64,000 nucleotides of DNA from Bacteroidota bacterium (GCA_018816765.1 JAHIUX010000008.1:49964-113963), one strand, 5' to 3'; shown: positions 8,158-18,180, counted from the first letter of the stretch. Notes: generated by a model not told the origin, from the letters alone. A program made the numbers and translations.

Positions 8158-8838
8158 CTAGGAGTTAGTGCCATAATTTCTTTCGCCAAAAATGAGGCTG
8201 CCGATACGAACCATGGTCGAACCTTCTTCAATGGCAATTGGGTAATCGCCCGACATGCCCATCGAAATTTCGCAAAAAGCCTCATCATCCTTGAAAAACC
8301 TGCTTTTCAATTCCCTGAAATATGTCCTCAACTGACTAAACTCCTTGCGCAATTGGTTTACGTCATCCGTGTATGTAGCCATCCCCATTACGCCGCAGAT
8401 GCGGATGTTTTTCATGGCTTTGAAGGATTCAGAAAGCAGCATATCAACGGCTTCTGACAGGTCGAGGCCAAATTTTGTTTCTTCTTCGGCTATGTGAAAC
8501 TGCAACAGACAATCGATGCGTTTGTCGATTTTTGCAGCCTGCTTGTTGATCTCTGTTAAAAGCCTGAAACTATCAACCGATTCGATCACATTGACCACTT
8601 GAACCAGGGCTTTCACTTTGTTTGTCTGCAAATGACCGATAAAATGCCACGCGACATCTGCTGGCATTTCGGCCTGTTTGGCGATGAGCTCCTGAACCTT
8701 GTTTTCGCCAAACCGGCGCTGTCCCGCCTGGTAAGCAAGGTTCAATGCACTGACAGGCATTGTCTTTGAAACAGCAATGAGTTTTACGCCTGATGGGATT
8801 TCCTGATTGATTTTGCGAATATGGTCAGCAATCATCAT
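8158..8838 (-). CDS. yggS: YggS-family pyridoxal-phosphate homeostasis protein
   Basis: 226 aa. KLIAVSKT (PLP lysine), FGENKVQE, WHFIGHLQTNK, EISMGMSGDY, RIGSLIFG: the classic YggS/PROSC pattern. Confidence 0.85.
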   Translation of the reverse strand: MMIADHIRKINQEIPSGVKLIAVSKTMPVSALNLAYQAGQRRFGENKVQELIAKQAEMPADVAWHFIGHLQTNKVKALVQVVNVIESVDSFRLLTEINKQAAKIDKRIDCLLQFHIAEEETKFGLDLSEAVDMLLSESFKAMKNIRICGVMGMATYTDDVNQLRKEFSQLRTYFRELKSRFFKDDEAFCEISMGMSGDYPIAIEEGSTMVRIGSLIFGERNYGTNS

Positions 8839-8940
8839 GGTAGGTTTTTAATTTTTTTGTGGTGATGAATGGACCACAAAGTTAGCTTAATTAGCCGAAG
8901 TTGTGGCATATTTAGGGGATTGGCGGGTGAAGAATAATGC

Positions 8941-8948
8941 TATTTTTG
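8941..8948 (+). promoter_or_regulatory. Bacteroidota -7 promoter box (TATTTTTG)
   Basis: Exact TAnnTTTG match 18 nt upstream of the ATG at 8966. Confidence 0.4.
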
Positions 8949-8965
8949 CGCATTATTCTGATCAC

Positions 8966-10825
8966 ATGAAACTTGTATTATACGGGCTATTAAAGCGGTT
9001 ACTGTTCTGGATGCTGTTTTTTGCCCTCCTCCGGATGGTCTTTCTGGCATACTACCAGCAACAGATCATGCTCGAGAATATTGTTTTTCCTGATGTACTG
9101 GCCGTGTTCTGGCATGCCCTTCCACTTGATTTTTCAACAGCCTGTTACATTTTGTTGTTTTCTTATGTAATGTTGATGTTCAGACAACTGAATAACAACC
9201 GGCTCTATATCAGCATCGATAATTTTGTTGCTTTTGTGGTTATGCTTGTGTATGCGTTGATTTCGGTGGCCGAATTGGGATTGTATGGCGAGTGGAACAC
9301 AAAAATGTCGTTCAAGGCACTAAGCTATCTGAGCCATCCCGATGAGGTGTTTAATTCCATTTCAACGTTTTCGTTTGTTTTATTATTTGCCTTTTGGTTG
9401 ATGCAAACCATCATACCCTATATTTTCTATTCAAGGATGGCTGTAATTGAACCCAAATCGCGGCGCAAACGCTCCCCTTCGGCATGGTGGACATTGTTGT
9501 TTGTTCCCCTGATTCTGGTTCTTGGTACCAGGGGAGGTTTGGGTGAAATCCCGATCAGCACCAGTTCTGCTTATTTCAGTCAGCACCAGATTTTAAACCT
9601 CGCAGCGGTGAATTCAGGTAATAACATGATTGTAAGCACATTGAACTCAAGCGAGTTTGGCGATACCAATCCGTTTATCTCCATGCCAGAGGCCGAAGCG
9701 GATAGTATTGTACGACAAATGCACAAGGTTGAAGGTGACAGTACCTTGCGTATTTTGAAAATAAATAAACCAAATATTGTTGTATTGCTGCTCGAAAGCT
9801 GGTCGGGCGACCTGATCGAATCATTAGGAGGTGAAACTGGAATCACGCCTAATTTCCGGGAGTTGGAGAAGGATGGCCTCTTATTTACTTCATTTTATGC
9901 CAGCGGAAATCGCTCACAACAGGCCATGGGTTCATTGTTTGGGGGGTTACCGGGTTTGCCCATTACTACCATCACTGCCCACCCCGAAAAATATGCGGCA
10001 TTGCCAAGTTTCATTAAGGACATTAAGAAGGAAGGCTATCACACCGGGTTTTGGTTTGGGGGCCAGTTGATCTATGGGAATATCTTAAGTTACCTGATGG
10101 CCAATGAGTTTGATGAAATCATCGAAGGCAAGGATTTACCCGGAAATTTTGAACGGGGAAAGCTGGGGGTTCATGACGAGTTTATGTTGCAATACGTGGC
10201 CAAGTCGCTGGGAGAGCGGCCCGAGCCATTTTTTGCCACCATCTTTACCCTGAGTTCGCACTCGCCTTACGATTTTCCAATGCCTTCAACCATTCAATGG
10301 CCACAAAAGGAAAAGCCATTTGTGAATTCGGCTCATTATACGGATAAATCGCTGGGCGACTTTTTTGCCATTGCCCGACAGCAATCCTGGTATGACAGCA
10401 CCTTGTTTGTTATTGTGGCCGATCACAGCCACAACACCTATAAGAACCATCCGCTGGCATCTTTCGAATACCATAAGATTCCCCTTTTGCTATGCGGACC
10501 TGCACTCGCCGACAGCCTGAAAGGGAGCACCTACGACATGATAGCAGGAAATACTGACATCCCTGCCACGATACTGGCGCAACTGGGCATGGATCATAAG
10601 GCCTACACCTGGAGCAAGGATCTTTTCAATGCGAATTACAGCCCTTTTGCATTCTTTGAACTGAATGAGGGTTTTGGTTATATGCGGCCTGATGGATTTG
10701 TTGTTTGGGATCACATGACGGATCGGTTTATTCAAAAAAGCACCAGTCCAGAAAATGAAGCACTTTTACTGCGTGAAGGGCAGGCCTATGAACAGGTATT
10801 GTTCGGTGATTTCCTGAAATATTAA
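8966..10825 (+). CDS. LTA-synthase / sulfatase-family membrane protein (phosphoglycerol- or phosphoethanolamine-transferase-like)
   Basis: N-terminal multi-TM region followed by a sulfatase-type domain (VVLLLESWSGD, FYASGNRSQQA, TLSSHSPYD, VIVADHSHN). Start moved to the ATG at 8966 (MKLVLYG...), just downstream of the -7 box. Confidence 0.75.
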   Translation: MKLVLYGLLKRLLFWMLFFALLRMVFLAYYQQQIMLENIVFPDVLAVFWHALPLDFSTACYILLFSYVMLMFRQLNNNRLYISIDNFVAFVVMLVYALISVAELGLYGEWNTKMSFKALSYLSHPDEVFNSISTFSFVLLFAFWLMQTIIPYIFYSRMAVIEPKSRRKRSPSAWWTLLFVPLILVLGTRGGLGEIPISTSSAYFSQHQILNLAAVNSGNNMIVSTLNSSEFGDTNPFISMPEAEADSIVRQMHKVEGDSTLRILKINKPNIVVLLLESWSGDLIESLGGETGITPNFRELEKDGLLFTSFYASGNRSQQAMGSLFGGLPGLPITTITAHPEKYAALPSFIKDIKKEGYHTGFWFGGQLIYGNILSYLMANEFDEIIEGKDLPGNFERGKLGVHDEFMLQYVAKSLGERPEPFFATIFTLSSHSPYDFPMPSTIQWPQKEKPFVNSAHYTDKSLGDFFAIARQQSWYDSTLFVIVADHSHNTYKNHPLASFEYHKIPLLLCGPALADSLKGSTYDMIAGNTDIPATILAQLGMDHKAYTWSKDLFNANYSPFAFFELNEGFGYMRPDGFVVWDHMTDRFIQKSTSPENEALLLREGQAYEQVLFGDFLKY

Positions 10826-10925
10826 TTAGGATTTTGTAACATCCGGGTCATCAATGGTTTATGGCTTGCTTAGGTGGGATTAAAAAAAAAGATGGTACTT
10901 TAGGTGTTTTGTAAACTAAAATCCC

Positions 10926-10933
10926 TATTTTTG
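10926..10933 (+). promoter_or_regulatory. Bacteroidota -7 promoter box (TATTTTTG) of the TetR gene
   Basis: Exact TAnnTTTG match 20 nt upstream of the ATG at 10953. Confidence 0.4.
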
Positions 10934-10938
10934 TCGAC

Positions 10939-10952
10939 TGTTTAGTCAATCA
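10939..10952. promoter_or_regulatory. operator-like palindrome TGTTTAGTCAATCA (copy 1)
   Basis: TG(T/A)TT-AGTC-AATCA inverted repeat lying between the -7 box and the tetR ATG. An 11-nt identical core (TTAGTCAATCA) recurs at 11539-11552. Confidence 0.5.
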
Positions 10953-11516
10953 ATGGAAGAAAAGAAACAATTAATCCTGGAAGCAGCACTCGGGCTTTTT
11001 GTGACCTATGGGTTTCATGGCACTCCCACAAGCAAAATTGCGCAGGAAGCAGGTGTGGCAAATGGCACCTTGTTTCACTATTTCCCTACAAAAGAGGACC
11101 TTGTCATCGCCCTTTATGTCGACATAAAAAACCAGATGGGTTGTTATGTGACTGACAATGCCCCCATCGTACCAAACCTTAGGGAAACCTTGAGAAAGCA
11201 ATATTTAGCCTCCTTGTACTGGGCACTTGATCATCCCACAGAATTCCGTTTTATTGAACAGTTTGTCGCTTCTCCGTACCTGCAAAAGGTTGCAGCTGAA
11301 GAAGTTCAAAAGCGCATCAAGCCTTTTATGGAATTATTGCAAAAAGGCATGGATGAAAAAACCATTCGAACAATGCCTGTCGATTTGTTGTTTACCTTGA
11401 TCAGTAGCCATATCTATGGCATTAATAATTACCTGATCAATCACCAGATGCCTAAGGTACAGGAGCATGCGTTGATCAGCGACAGCTTTGAATGGCTCTG
11501 GAGCATGATCACGTAA
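10953..11516 (+). CDS. TetR/AcrR-family transcriptional regulator
   Basis: 187 aa. N-terminal HTH ILEAALGLFVTYGFHGTPTSKIAQEAGVANGTLFHYFPTKEDL is the canonical TetR signature. Confidence 0.88.
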   Translation: MEEKKQLILEAALGLFVTYGFHGTPTSKIAQEAGVANGTLFHYFPTKEDLVIALYVDIKNQMGCYVTDNAPIVPNLRETLRKQYLASLYWALDHPTEFRFIEQFVASPYLQKVAAEEVQKRIKPFMELLQKGMDEKTIRTMPVDLLFTLISSHIYGINNYLINHQMPKVQEHALISDSFEWLWSMIT

Positions 11517-11538
11517 TTTTTTTATCAATAGTATAGAG

Positions 11539-11552
11539 TGATTAGTCAATCA
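11539..11552. promoter_or_regulatory. operator-like palindrome TGATTAGTCAATCA (copy 2)
   Basis: Perfect 5-4-5 inverted repeat (TGATT-AGTC-AATCA) 28 nt upstream of the SDR gene ATG at 11580. Confidence 0.5.
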
Positions 11553-11579
11553 GAATTAAGGATAATTAATAATTAGGAA

Positions 11580-12392
11580 ATGAAAAAAGTTGTTTTAATT
11601 ACCGGAGCTTCATCCGGAATAGGCAGGGAATCGGCCAGATTATTGGCACAGGCTGGTCACATTGTGTATGCAGCTGCGAGGCGGACTGAGAAAATGCAGG
11701 ACCTTGCGCAGCATGGTGTGCAACTGCTGGCAATGGATGTAACCAACGATGAGTCGATGGTGAGAGGCGTTTCAACCATTCTTGGTAGAGAGCATCGCAT
11801 TGATGTGCTAATTAACAATGCTGGTTATGGCTCCTATGGTGCCCTAGAGGATGTTCCGATGTCCGAAGCCAGGTACCAGTTTGAAGTCAATATCTTTGGA
11901 CTTGCCCGACTCACCCAACTGGTACTTCCGGGCATGCGTAAACAGGGGTCGGGACGCATCATCAACATTTCATCCATTGGGGGGAAATTCGGCGAACCGC
12001 ATGGTGCCTGGTATCATGCAACTAAGTTTGCTGTTGAAGGTTTGAGCGACAGCCTGCGCATGGAACTAAAGCAATTTGGTATCGATGTGGTCATTATTCA
12101 GCCAGGCGCCATAATTACTGAATGGAATAGAATTGCACGTGAGAATTTGGAGAAGGTATCCGGGGCATCAGCTTATAAAAATCTGGCAGGCAAGCATGTG
12201 AAAATGCTTGCTACCGCTGACAAGCAGGGCTCACAGCCAGAAGTTGTGGCTAAGGTAATCGCAAGGGCCGCCACAGTAAAAAGGCCCTGTACACGCTATG
12301 CCACCGGGGGAGGAGCCAAACTGATCCTGTTTCTGCGCAGAATACTCACCGACAGGATGTTTGACAAACTTTTACTTGGTCTGATGCGATAA
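11580..12392 (+). CDS. short-chain dehydrogenase/reductase (SDR)
   Basis: TGASSGIG cofactor motif, NNAG, catalytic S...YHATK tetrad elements. 270 aa. Confidence 0.9.
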   Translation: MKKVVLITGASSGIGRESARLLAQAGHIVYAAARRTEKMQDLAQHGVQLLAMDVTNDESMVRGVSTILGREHRIDVLINNAGYGSYGALEDVPMSEARYQFEVNIFGLARLTQLVLPGMRKQGSGRIINISSIGGKFGEPHGAWYHATKFAVEGLSDSLRMELKQFGIDVVIIQPGAIITEWNRIARENLEKVSGASAYKNLAGKHVKMLATADKQGSQPEVVAKVIARAATVKRPCTRYATGGGAKLILFLRRILTDRMFDKLLLGLMR

Positions 12393-12413
12393 ATATTACC
12401 GAAACTGGTGTTG

Positions 12414-13520
12414 ATGAAAAAATACAAAAAGATGGTGTTAGCGTGTTCAATAATTTTCATGGTTGCCGTTGCTGCATTCGTTGGATTCATGCAGCAAAAG
12501 AAATTTGGTAAACTGCCGGCTGGTGACCGGATGCTGCGCATTCAACAGTCGCCGAACTACAAAGACGGTGCGTTTCAAAACGAGCACCACACCCCTGTGA
12601 TGACGGAGGGCGTGAGTTTCTTAAGCGCGCTGAAGGAATTCTTTTTTGCCAAAGGAAGAACACCGGCAAAGGGAATTCCTTCAATGAAAACGGATTTGCG
12701 CTCACTTGATCCGGCAATGGACGTATTGGTCTGGTTTGGACATTCATCTTATTTCATGCAGATCGGCGGTAAAACGTTTTTAGTTGACCCTGTGTTTAGT
12801 GGATCAGCTTCTCCGGTCGCTTTCACAACCCGGGCATTTGCAGGAAGTGACAGATACTCCACAGCAGACCTGCCTTATATTGATGTCCTTTTCATCACAC
12901 ATGATCACTGGGATCACCTTGACTTTGAAACAGTCACTGCCTTGAGAACAAAAACCAGCCAGGTGATTTGTCCGCTTGGTGTGGGCGAACACCTCATGTA
13001 TTGGGGGTTCGGTAGCGAGCAGGTAATTGAATTGGATTGGCATGATAGCGTGAGCCTTAAAGACGGAATATCGGTCTACGCCAAACCTGCCCGGCATTTT
13101 TCGGGCCGGGGATTCACACGTAACCAATCATTATGGGCCTCATTTGTGTTGCAAACCCCTCAGGGCAAAATTTTTATTGGGGGCGACAGTGGGTACGATA
13201 CCCATTTTGCAGCCATTGGCAACGAATTCGGACCATTCGACCTGGCAATACTTGAGAATGGCCAGTACGACAAAAGCTGGAAATACATCCATATGATGCC
13301 GGCTGAGGTACTTCAGGCGGCCTGCGACCTGAAGGCAAAACGCATTTTACCTGTTCATTCTTCGAAATTTGCCCTGGCCAACCATGCCTGGGATACACCA
13401 CTCAAAACTATAACAGCGATCAGTGAGCAAAATCGCATAGGGGTGGTAACGCCCATGATAGGGGAGGCTGTATTGTTGAATGAAACCAGTCAGATTTTTT
13501 CGAAATGGTGGGAAAAATGA
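12414..13520 (+). CDS. membrane-anchored MBL-fold metallo-hydrolase (NAPE-PLD-like)
   Basis: N-terminal TM helix. HxHxDH motif (ITHDHWDHLD) and downstream GGDSGY. First ATG is at 12414 (the track ORF starts at a GTG at 12408). Confidence 0.8.
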   Translation: MKKYKKMVLACSIIFMVAVAAFVGFMQQKKFGKLPAGDRMLRIQQSPNYKDGAFQNEHHTPVMTEGVSFLSALKEFFFAKGRTPAKGIPSMKTDLRSLDPAMDVLVWFGHSSYFMQIGGKTFLVDPVFSGSASPVAFTTRAFAGSDRYSTADLPYIDVLFITHDHWDHLDFETVTALRTKTSQVICPLGVGEHLMYWGFGSEQVIELDWHDSVSLKDGISVYAKPARHFSGRGFTRNQSLWASFVLQTPQGKIFIGGDSGYDTHFAAIGNEFGPFDLAILENGQYDKSWKYIHMMPAEVLQAACDLKAKRILPVHSSKFALANHAWDTPLKTITAISEQNRIGVVTPMIGEAVLLNETSQIFSKWWEK

Positions 13521-13674
13521 ACATAACACTGAAATAATTTGTGAGACCACATTCTGATTGCAATTCAAACGACGACCGTAACAAAATGTGATAGAAGTTG
13601 ATGGTGTTGTAAATTTATCTATATGATTACCACATCATTCTTTTTGTTACTTTCGGTGAACTAATTGCATTTTT

Positions 13675-14505
13675 ATGAAAACTATACAGGGCCCTCTGAT
13701 TACAATATTGATGCTTATTGTTACCATTAACGCAGTGTCACAGGAAAAAGGGCAATATACCTGGAATGGACATCAGTGTGCGGTAGCACTTACTTACGAT
13801 GACGGGTTAAATGTGCACCTCGACCTTGTTGCCCCGACGCTCGATAGTGCCGGCCTTAAGGCAACATTTTACATTCCGGGAAACGCATTGTCGTTGCGAA
13901 ACCGCTTGAACGACTGGCGCACACTTGCCAAAAACGGCCATGAGTTGGGAAACCACACCCTGTTTCATCCTTGCGCCGGAGACCTTCCTGGACGCGAATG
14001 GGTAAACCCCGATTATGACCTGAGTACCTATACAATGAAACGTATGCTGGATGAGATCAGGCTTGCAAACACCCTGCTACAGTCCATTGATGGCCGGACG
14101 AAAAGGACCTTTGCTTACACCTGTGGTGAAGAAATGGTTGAAGGAATGAGCCTGAACAGTGAAATTGCAGAGGATTTTGTGGGGGCACGTGGGGTAGTTC
14201 CCAAAACAATGGAAATTGGCGAAGTAGTAATGTTCGATATCGGTGCTTTTATGGTAAGCGGGCAAACAGGAGAAGCGCTCATTGCCATGGTTGAAAAGGC
14301 ACGGAAGGACTTTTCACTGATTGTATTTATCTTTCACGGTGTTGGCGGAGAGCATGCCATTAACGTAGATCTCGCAGAACACAATAAATTGCTGCGATAC
14401 CTGAAAGAAAATGAACGGGATATCTGGGTGGCGACCATGGCCGATATCGCAGAATTTGTGATGGCACATCAAATGTCGCTCGAAAGGCTTGAAGGTCACG
14501 AATGA
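13675..14505 (+). CDS. secreted polysaccharide deacetylase (NodB-homology, CE4-like)
   Basis: Signal peptide. LTYDDG (TFDD motif) and GNHTLFH (HxxxH motif). Confidence 0.8.
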   Translation: MKTIQGPLITILMLIVTINAVSQEKGQYTWNGHQCAVALTYDDGLNVHLDLVAPTLDSAGLKATFYIPGNALSLRNRLNDWRTLAKNGHELGNHTLFHPCAGDLPGREWVNPDYDLSTYTMKRMLDEIRLANTLLQSIDGRTKRTFAYTCGEEMVEGMSLNSEIAEDFVGARGVVPKTMEIGEVVMFDIGAFMVSGQTGEALIAMVEKARKDFSLIVFIFHGVGGEHAINVDLAEHNKLLRYLKENERDIWVATMADIAEFVMAHQMSLERLEGHE

Positions 14506-14645
14506 CAATGAATGTTTATCCTGACCAGAAAGCCAGCCGATCTTACGCACGAATAAATTCATTCCGCAACATACCTCTCCCGGGATTTGGCTGCCAATAA
14601 TGGCCATCAAGGCATTGTTTTTCTGCTTCCAAACCAATATTTTCC

Positions 14646-14653
14646 TACCTTTG
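14646..14653 (+). promoter_or_regulatory. Bacteroidota -7 promoter box (TACCTTTG) of ffh
   Basis: Exact TAnnTTTG match 28 nt upstream of the ATG at 14681. Confidence 0.4.
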
Positions 14654-14680
14654 CACCCTTAAAATTTATGCTGATATACT

Positions 14681-16018
14681 ATGTTTGAAGGCTTAAGCGA
14701 AAAACTCGAACGTTCCTTTAAAATACTGAAGGGGCAGGGACATATTACTGAAATCAATGTGGCTGAAACGCTGAAGGAAGTGCGAAAAGCCCTGCTCGAT
14801 GCCGACGTTAGTTTCAAGATTGCCAAGGACTTTACGACAACCGTAAAAGAAAAGGCACTTGGCCAAAAAATCCTTACTTCGGTTTCTCCCGGGCAGCTGA
14901 TGGTGAAAATTGTGCATGATGAACTGGCTGAACTCATGGGAGGCGACCAGGTCGACATCAACCTTAAGGCCAACCCCTCCATCATCCTGATTGCCGGTCT
15001 GCAGGGTTCGGGTAAAACGACCTTTTCGGCTAAGCTGGCCAGTTATGTTAAAAAGAAAAAAGGCAAACAACCATTGCTTGTAGCCTGCGACGTGTATCGT
15101 CCGGCGGCCATCAACCAGCTGAAGGTGCTTGGTGAACAGGTTGAAGTTGAGGTGTATACCGAAGAAGAAAGCAAAGATCCGGTTGCCATTGCAAGAAACG
15201 CAATCAAATTCGCCAAGGACAAAGGAAAAAATGTGGTCATCATCGATACCGCTGGTCGATTGGCCATCGATGAGATGATGATGAACGAGATTGCGGCTAT
15301 TAAAAAGCAGGTCAATCCGAACGAAATTCTCTTTGTTGTCGACGCGATGACGGGTCAGGATGCGGTGAACACTGCCAAGGCCTTTAACGATAAGCTTGAT
15401 TATGATGGCGTTGTGTTGACAAAACTGGATGGTGATACCCGTGGTGGGGCAGCATTGACAATACGCTCTGTCGTCGATAAACCCATCAAATTTGTTGGTA
15501 TTGGCGAAAAACCCGATGCCCTCGATGTGTTTTACCCAAAACGTATGGCCGACAGGATTTTGGGCATGGGCGATATCGTATCACTTGTTGAACGGGCACA
15601 GGAGCAATTCGATGAAGAAGAAGCCAAAAACCTACAACGGAAGCTTCAGAAAAACGAATTCAATTTCAATGATTTCCTGAAACAAATTCAGCAGATCAAG
15701 AAAATGGGAAACATCAAGGACCTTGCTGCGATGATTCCGGGAATGGGTAAGGCCTTGAAAGATACCGAACTCGACGATGATGCTTTCAAGGGAATTGAAG
15801 CCATTATCCACTCAATGACTCCAGCAGAACGCGAATCGCCGCGTCTGCTGAATGGCAGCCGCCGCAAGCGCATTGCTACGGGTAGCGGAACGGATATCGT
15901 TGAAGTGAACCGCCTCATAAAACAGTTTGAAGAAACCTCCAAAATGATGAAGATGATGACTGGCGGTGGTTCGCGAAAGATGATGCAGATGATGAACCAG
16001 ATGAAAAAAAGACGTTGA
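14681..16018 (+). CDS. ffh: signal recognition particle protein Ffh
   Basis: GLQGSGKTT, DTAGR, TKLDGD GTPase motifs. Met-rich C-terminal M domain (KMMKMMTGGGSRKMMQMMNQM). Confidence 0.96.
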   Translation: MFEGLSEKLERSFKILKGQGHITEINVAETLKEVRKALLDADVSFKIAKDFTTTVKEKALGQKILTSVSPGQLMVKIVHDELAELMGGDQVDINLKANPSIILIAGLQGSGKTTFSAKLASYVKKKKGKQPLLVACDVYRPAAINQLKVLGEQVEVEVYTEEESKDPVAIARNAIKFAKDKGKNVVIIDTAGRLAIDEMMMNEIAAIKKQVNPNEILFVVDAMTGQDAVNTAKAFNDKLDYDGVVLTKLDGDTRGGAALTIRSVVDKPIKFVGIGEKPDALDVFYPKRMADRILGMGDIVSLVERAQEQFDEEEAKNLQRKLQKNEFNFNDFLKQIQQIKKMGNIKDLAAMIPGMGKALKDTELDDDAFKGIEAIIHSMTPAERESPRLLNGSRRKRIATGSGTDIVEVNRLIKQFEETSKMMKMMTGGGSRKMMQMMNQMKKRR

Positions 16019-16039
16019 TAAACAATTTAAACTTTGTTT

Positions 16040-16927
16040 ATGGACCATAAAGTAATTGATGGAAAAGCCATTGCCGCTGCGATCAGAAAGGAAATCGCTG
16101 CCGAAGTTGCTGCTATGATCGATGCAGACCTCGAAGCACCACACCTTGCCGCTGTGATTGTCGGAGAGGATCCTGCCAGTCAGACTTATGTGGCATCGAA
16201 AGAGAAAGCCTGTCATGAGGTTGGGATTACTTCTACTGTTTATCGGCTGCCCGAATCTACCTCAGAGAAGGAACTGCTTGATATTGTTCATTTCCTGAAC
16301 AATGACCCTGAAGTGGATGGTTTTATAGTGCAATTACCTTTGCCTGACCACATTGACCCGAATACCATTCTCGAAGCCATTGATCCGGCAAAGGATGTTG
16401 ATGGTTTTCATCCGCGTAATATTGGCCGAATGACCCTGGGTTTGCCGGCTTACCTTCCTGCCACGCCTTACGGCATTGTTGAATTGATCAAACGCAGCAA
16501 CATCGCAATCTCGGGCAAACATTGTGTTGTGCTGGGCCGATCAAATATTGTTGGTACGCCCGTCAGTATTCTGCTTTCACGAAAACACGAAGACGCTGAT
16601 GCCACAGTGACCCTGTGTCACAGCCGGACAAAAAACCTGGCCGAAATTACCCGTCAGGCGGATGTGTTGATTGCTGCAATTGGTAAGGTTGAATTTGTTA
16701 CTGCAGATATGGTCAAGGAAGGAGCTGTGGTAATTGATGTGGGTATACACCGTGTCGCTGATACCCACTCACCCAAAGGATACAGGATTAGCGGAGATGT
16801 TGATTTCGCCGGTGTGCTTCCGAAAGTGTCGAAGATTACACCGGTACCGGGTGGTGTTGGTCCGATGACGATCGTTAGCCTGCTGAAAAATACCTTGCTG
16901 GCCCGTAAAAAGGAAGTCTACCCGTGA
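16040..16927 (+). CDS. folD: bifunctional methylenetetrahydrofolate dehydrogenase / methenyl-THF cyclohydrolase
   Basis: IDGKAIA...VGEDPASQTYV, DGFIVQLPLP, GRSNIVGTPV, PVPGGVGPMT. First ATG is at 16040 (the track ORF starts at a TTG at 16034). Confidence 0.95.
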   Translation: MDHKVIDGKAIAAAIRKEIAAEVAAMIDADLEAPHLAAVIVGEDPASQTYVASKEKACHEVGITSTVYRLPESTSEKELLDIVHFLNNDPEVDGFIVQLPLPDHIDPNTILEAIDPAKDVDGFHPRNIGRMTLGLPAYLPATPYGIVELIKRSNIAISGKHCVVLGRSNIVGTPVSILLSRKHEDADATVTLCHSRTKNLAEITRQADVLIAAIGKVEFVTADMVKEGAVVIDVGIHRVADTHSPKGYRISGDVDFAGVLPKVSKITPVPGGVGPMTIVSLLKNTLLARKKEVYP

Positions 16928-18180
16928 ATCGCCTCTTCTGCTTCAGCCTGATCATGCTTGCCTTTTTTTTGTTGCCTTGCAGCCTGGTCGTTGGTCAGCA
17001 GGCGGGATGCACCGATCCGTTGGCAACAAATTTTGATGCGCTGGCAATGACGAATGATGGTTCATGCAAATACCTCCCTGTTATTCATGACCCTGCCTTG
17101 GCATTCGAACTGCCGCTGGTCGTCAATGAAACTTCCGGGCTGGGGTACTTCAGAAATAAAATTTGGACATTCAACGACAGCCAGGGCGATGCTGTTTTGT
17201 TTGCATTTGATACCCTCAGCGGGAAAATGCTGCAAACAATGCGTGTGAGAAATGCCACAAACGTCGATTGGGAGGAAGTTACCTTAGACGATAACTACCT
17301 ATATATCGGTGATTTTGGAAATAACAACGGTACCCGCAAGGACCTGTGCATTTATCGCATCAGACTGGACCAGATTCCTGATCAAAAGGATGGCGCTGTT
17401 GATGCCGAGAAAATAAGTTTTAGTTACCCCGACCAAACTTCTTTCCTTTGGGATAAACAGCACAATTTTGATTGTGAAGCATTTGTGGCACTGAATAACC
17501 AACTTTATCTGTTCACAAAAAACAGGGGCGACCAGCATTCAAAACTGTATCGGCTGAATAACAGCCCGGGAATGCAGAAAGCTGAACTGATCACCTCCTT
17601 CGATACGCGCGGACTGATTACCGGTGCAAGCCTGAACAGACAGGACAAAGAAATTGTGTTAACAGGTTATGTGATGAAGGTGTGGACACCCTTTGTTTGG
17701 ATATTGTTTGATTACGATGGCGATGATTTTTTTAGCGGCAACAAACGCCGGATCGATTTCCTCAATTTAACCACGGTGCAAACGGAAGGGGTGTGTTACA
17801 CCACCGGCAAAAACCTGATGATATCTGCCGAGCAGACTTCGACCTTTAGTGCAAGGGTGTTCCGTTTCAGCACAGCAAGGTGGACCGAGCACCTGAGTCA
17901 GCTGAGTAAGAAAAGAAACCTCCGTAAGACGTTCATTACAATTGATGACTCAACGGATGCAGCTGATCGCCTGCGGATAATCCTGAACCGCGCTCCTGTC
18001 GGTGCTGCAAGGATCGACATTTCTGAACCTTCAGGTAAATTGCTCAAGTCGTCAGCCGTTGTTGTGCCAGACGAAAATGAATTTGGTGTGGAAATTGATA
18101 TCTCGACCCTCGAGCCTGGGAAATACCTTGTAAGCCTGATCTATGGCAAGAAAATTGTGTCTCAAGACTTTGTTAAATGA
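16924..18180 (+). CDS. secreted hypothetical protein with T9SS C-terminal sorting domain
   Basis: Signal peptide MNRLFCFSLIMLAFFLLPCSLVVGQQ. N-terminal GCTDPLATNFDALAMTNDGSC module. C-terminus ...RIDISEPSGKLLKSS...IDISTLEPGKYLVSLIYGKKIVSQDFVK fits the type A T9SS CTD. The GTG start overlaps the folD stop (GTGA). Confidence 0.6.
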   Translation: MNRLFCFSLIMLAFFLLPCSLVVGQQAGCTDPLATNFDALAMTNDGSCKYLPVIHDPALAFELPLVVNETSGLGYFRNKIWTFNDSQGDAVLFAFDTLSGKMLQTMRVRNATNVDWEEVTLDDNYLYIGDFGNNNGTRKDLCIYRIRLDQIPDQKDGAVDAEKISFSYPDQTSFLWDKQHNFDCEAFVALNNQLYLFTKNRGDQHSKLYRLNNSPGMQKAELITSFDTRGLITGASLNRQDKEIVLTGYVMKVWTPFVWILFDYDGDDFFSGNKRRIDFLNLTTVQTEGVCYTTGKNLMISAEQTSTFSARVFRFSTARWTEHLSQLSKKRNLRKTFITIDDSTDAADRLRIILNRAPVGAARIDISEPSGKLLKSSAVVVPDENEFGVEIDISTLEPGKYLVSLIYGKKIVSQDFVK

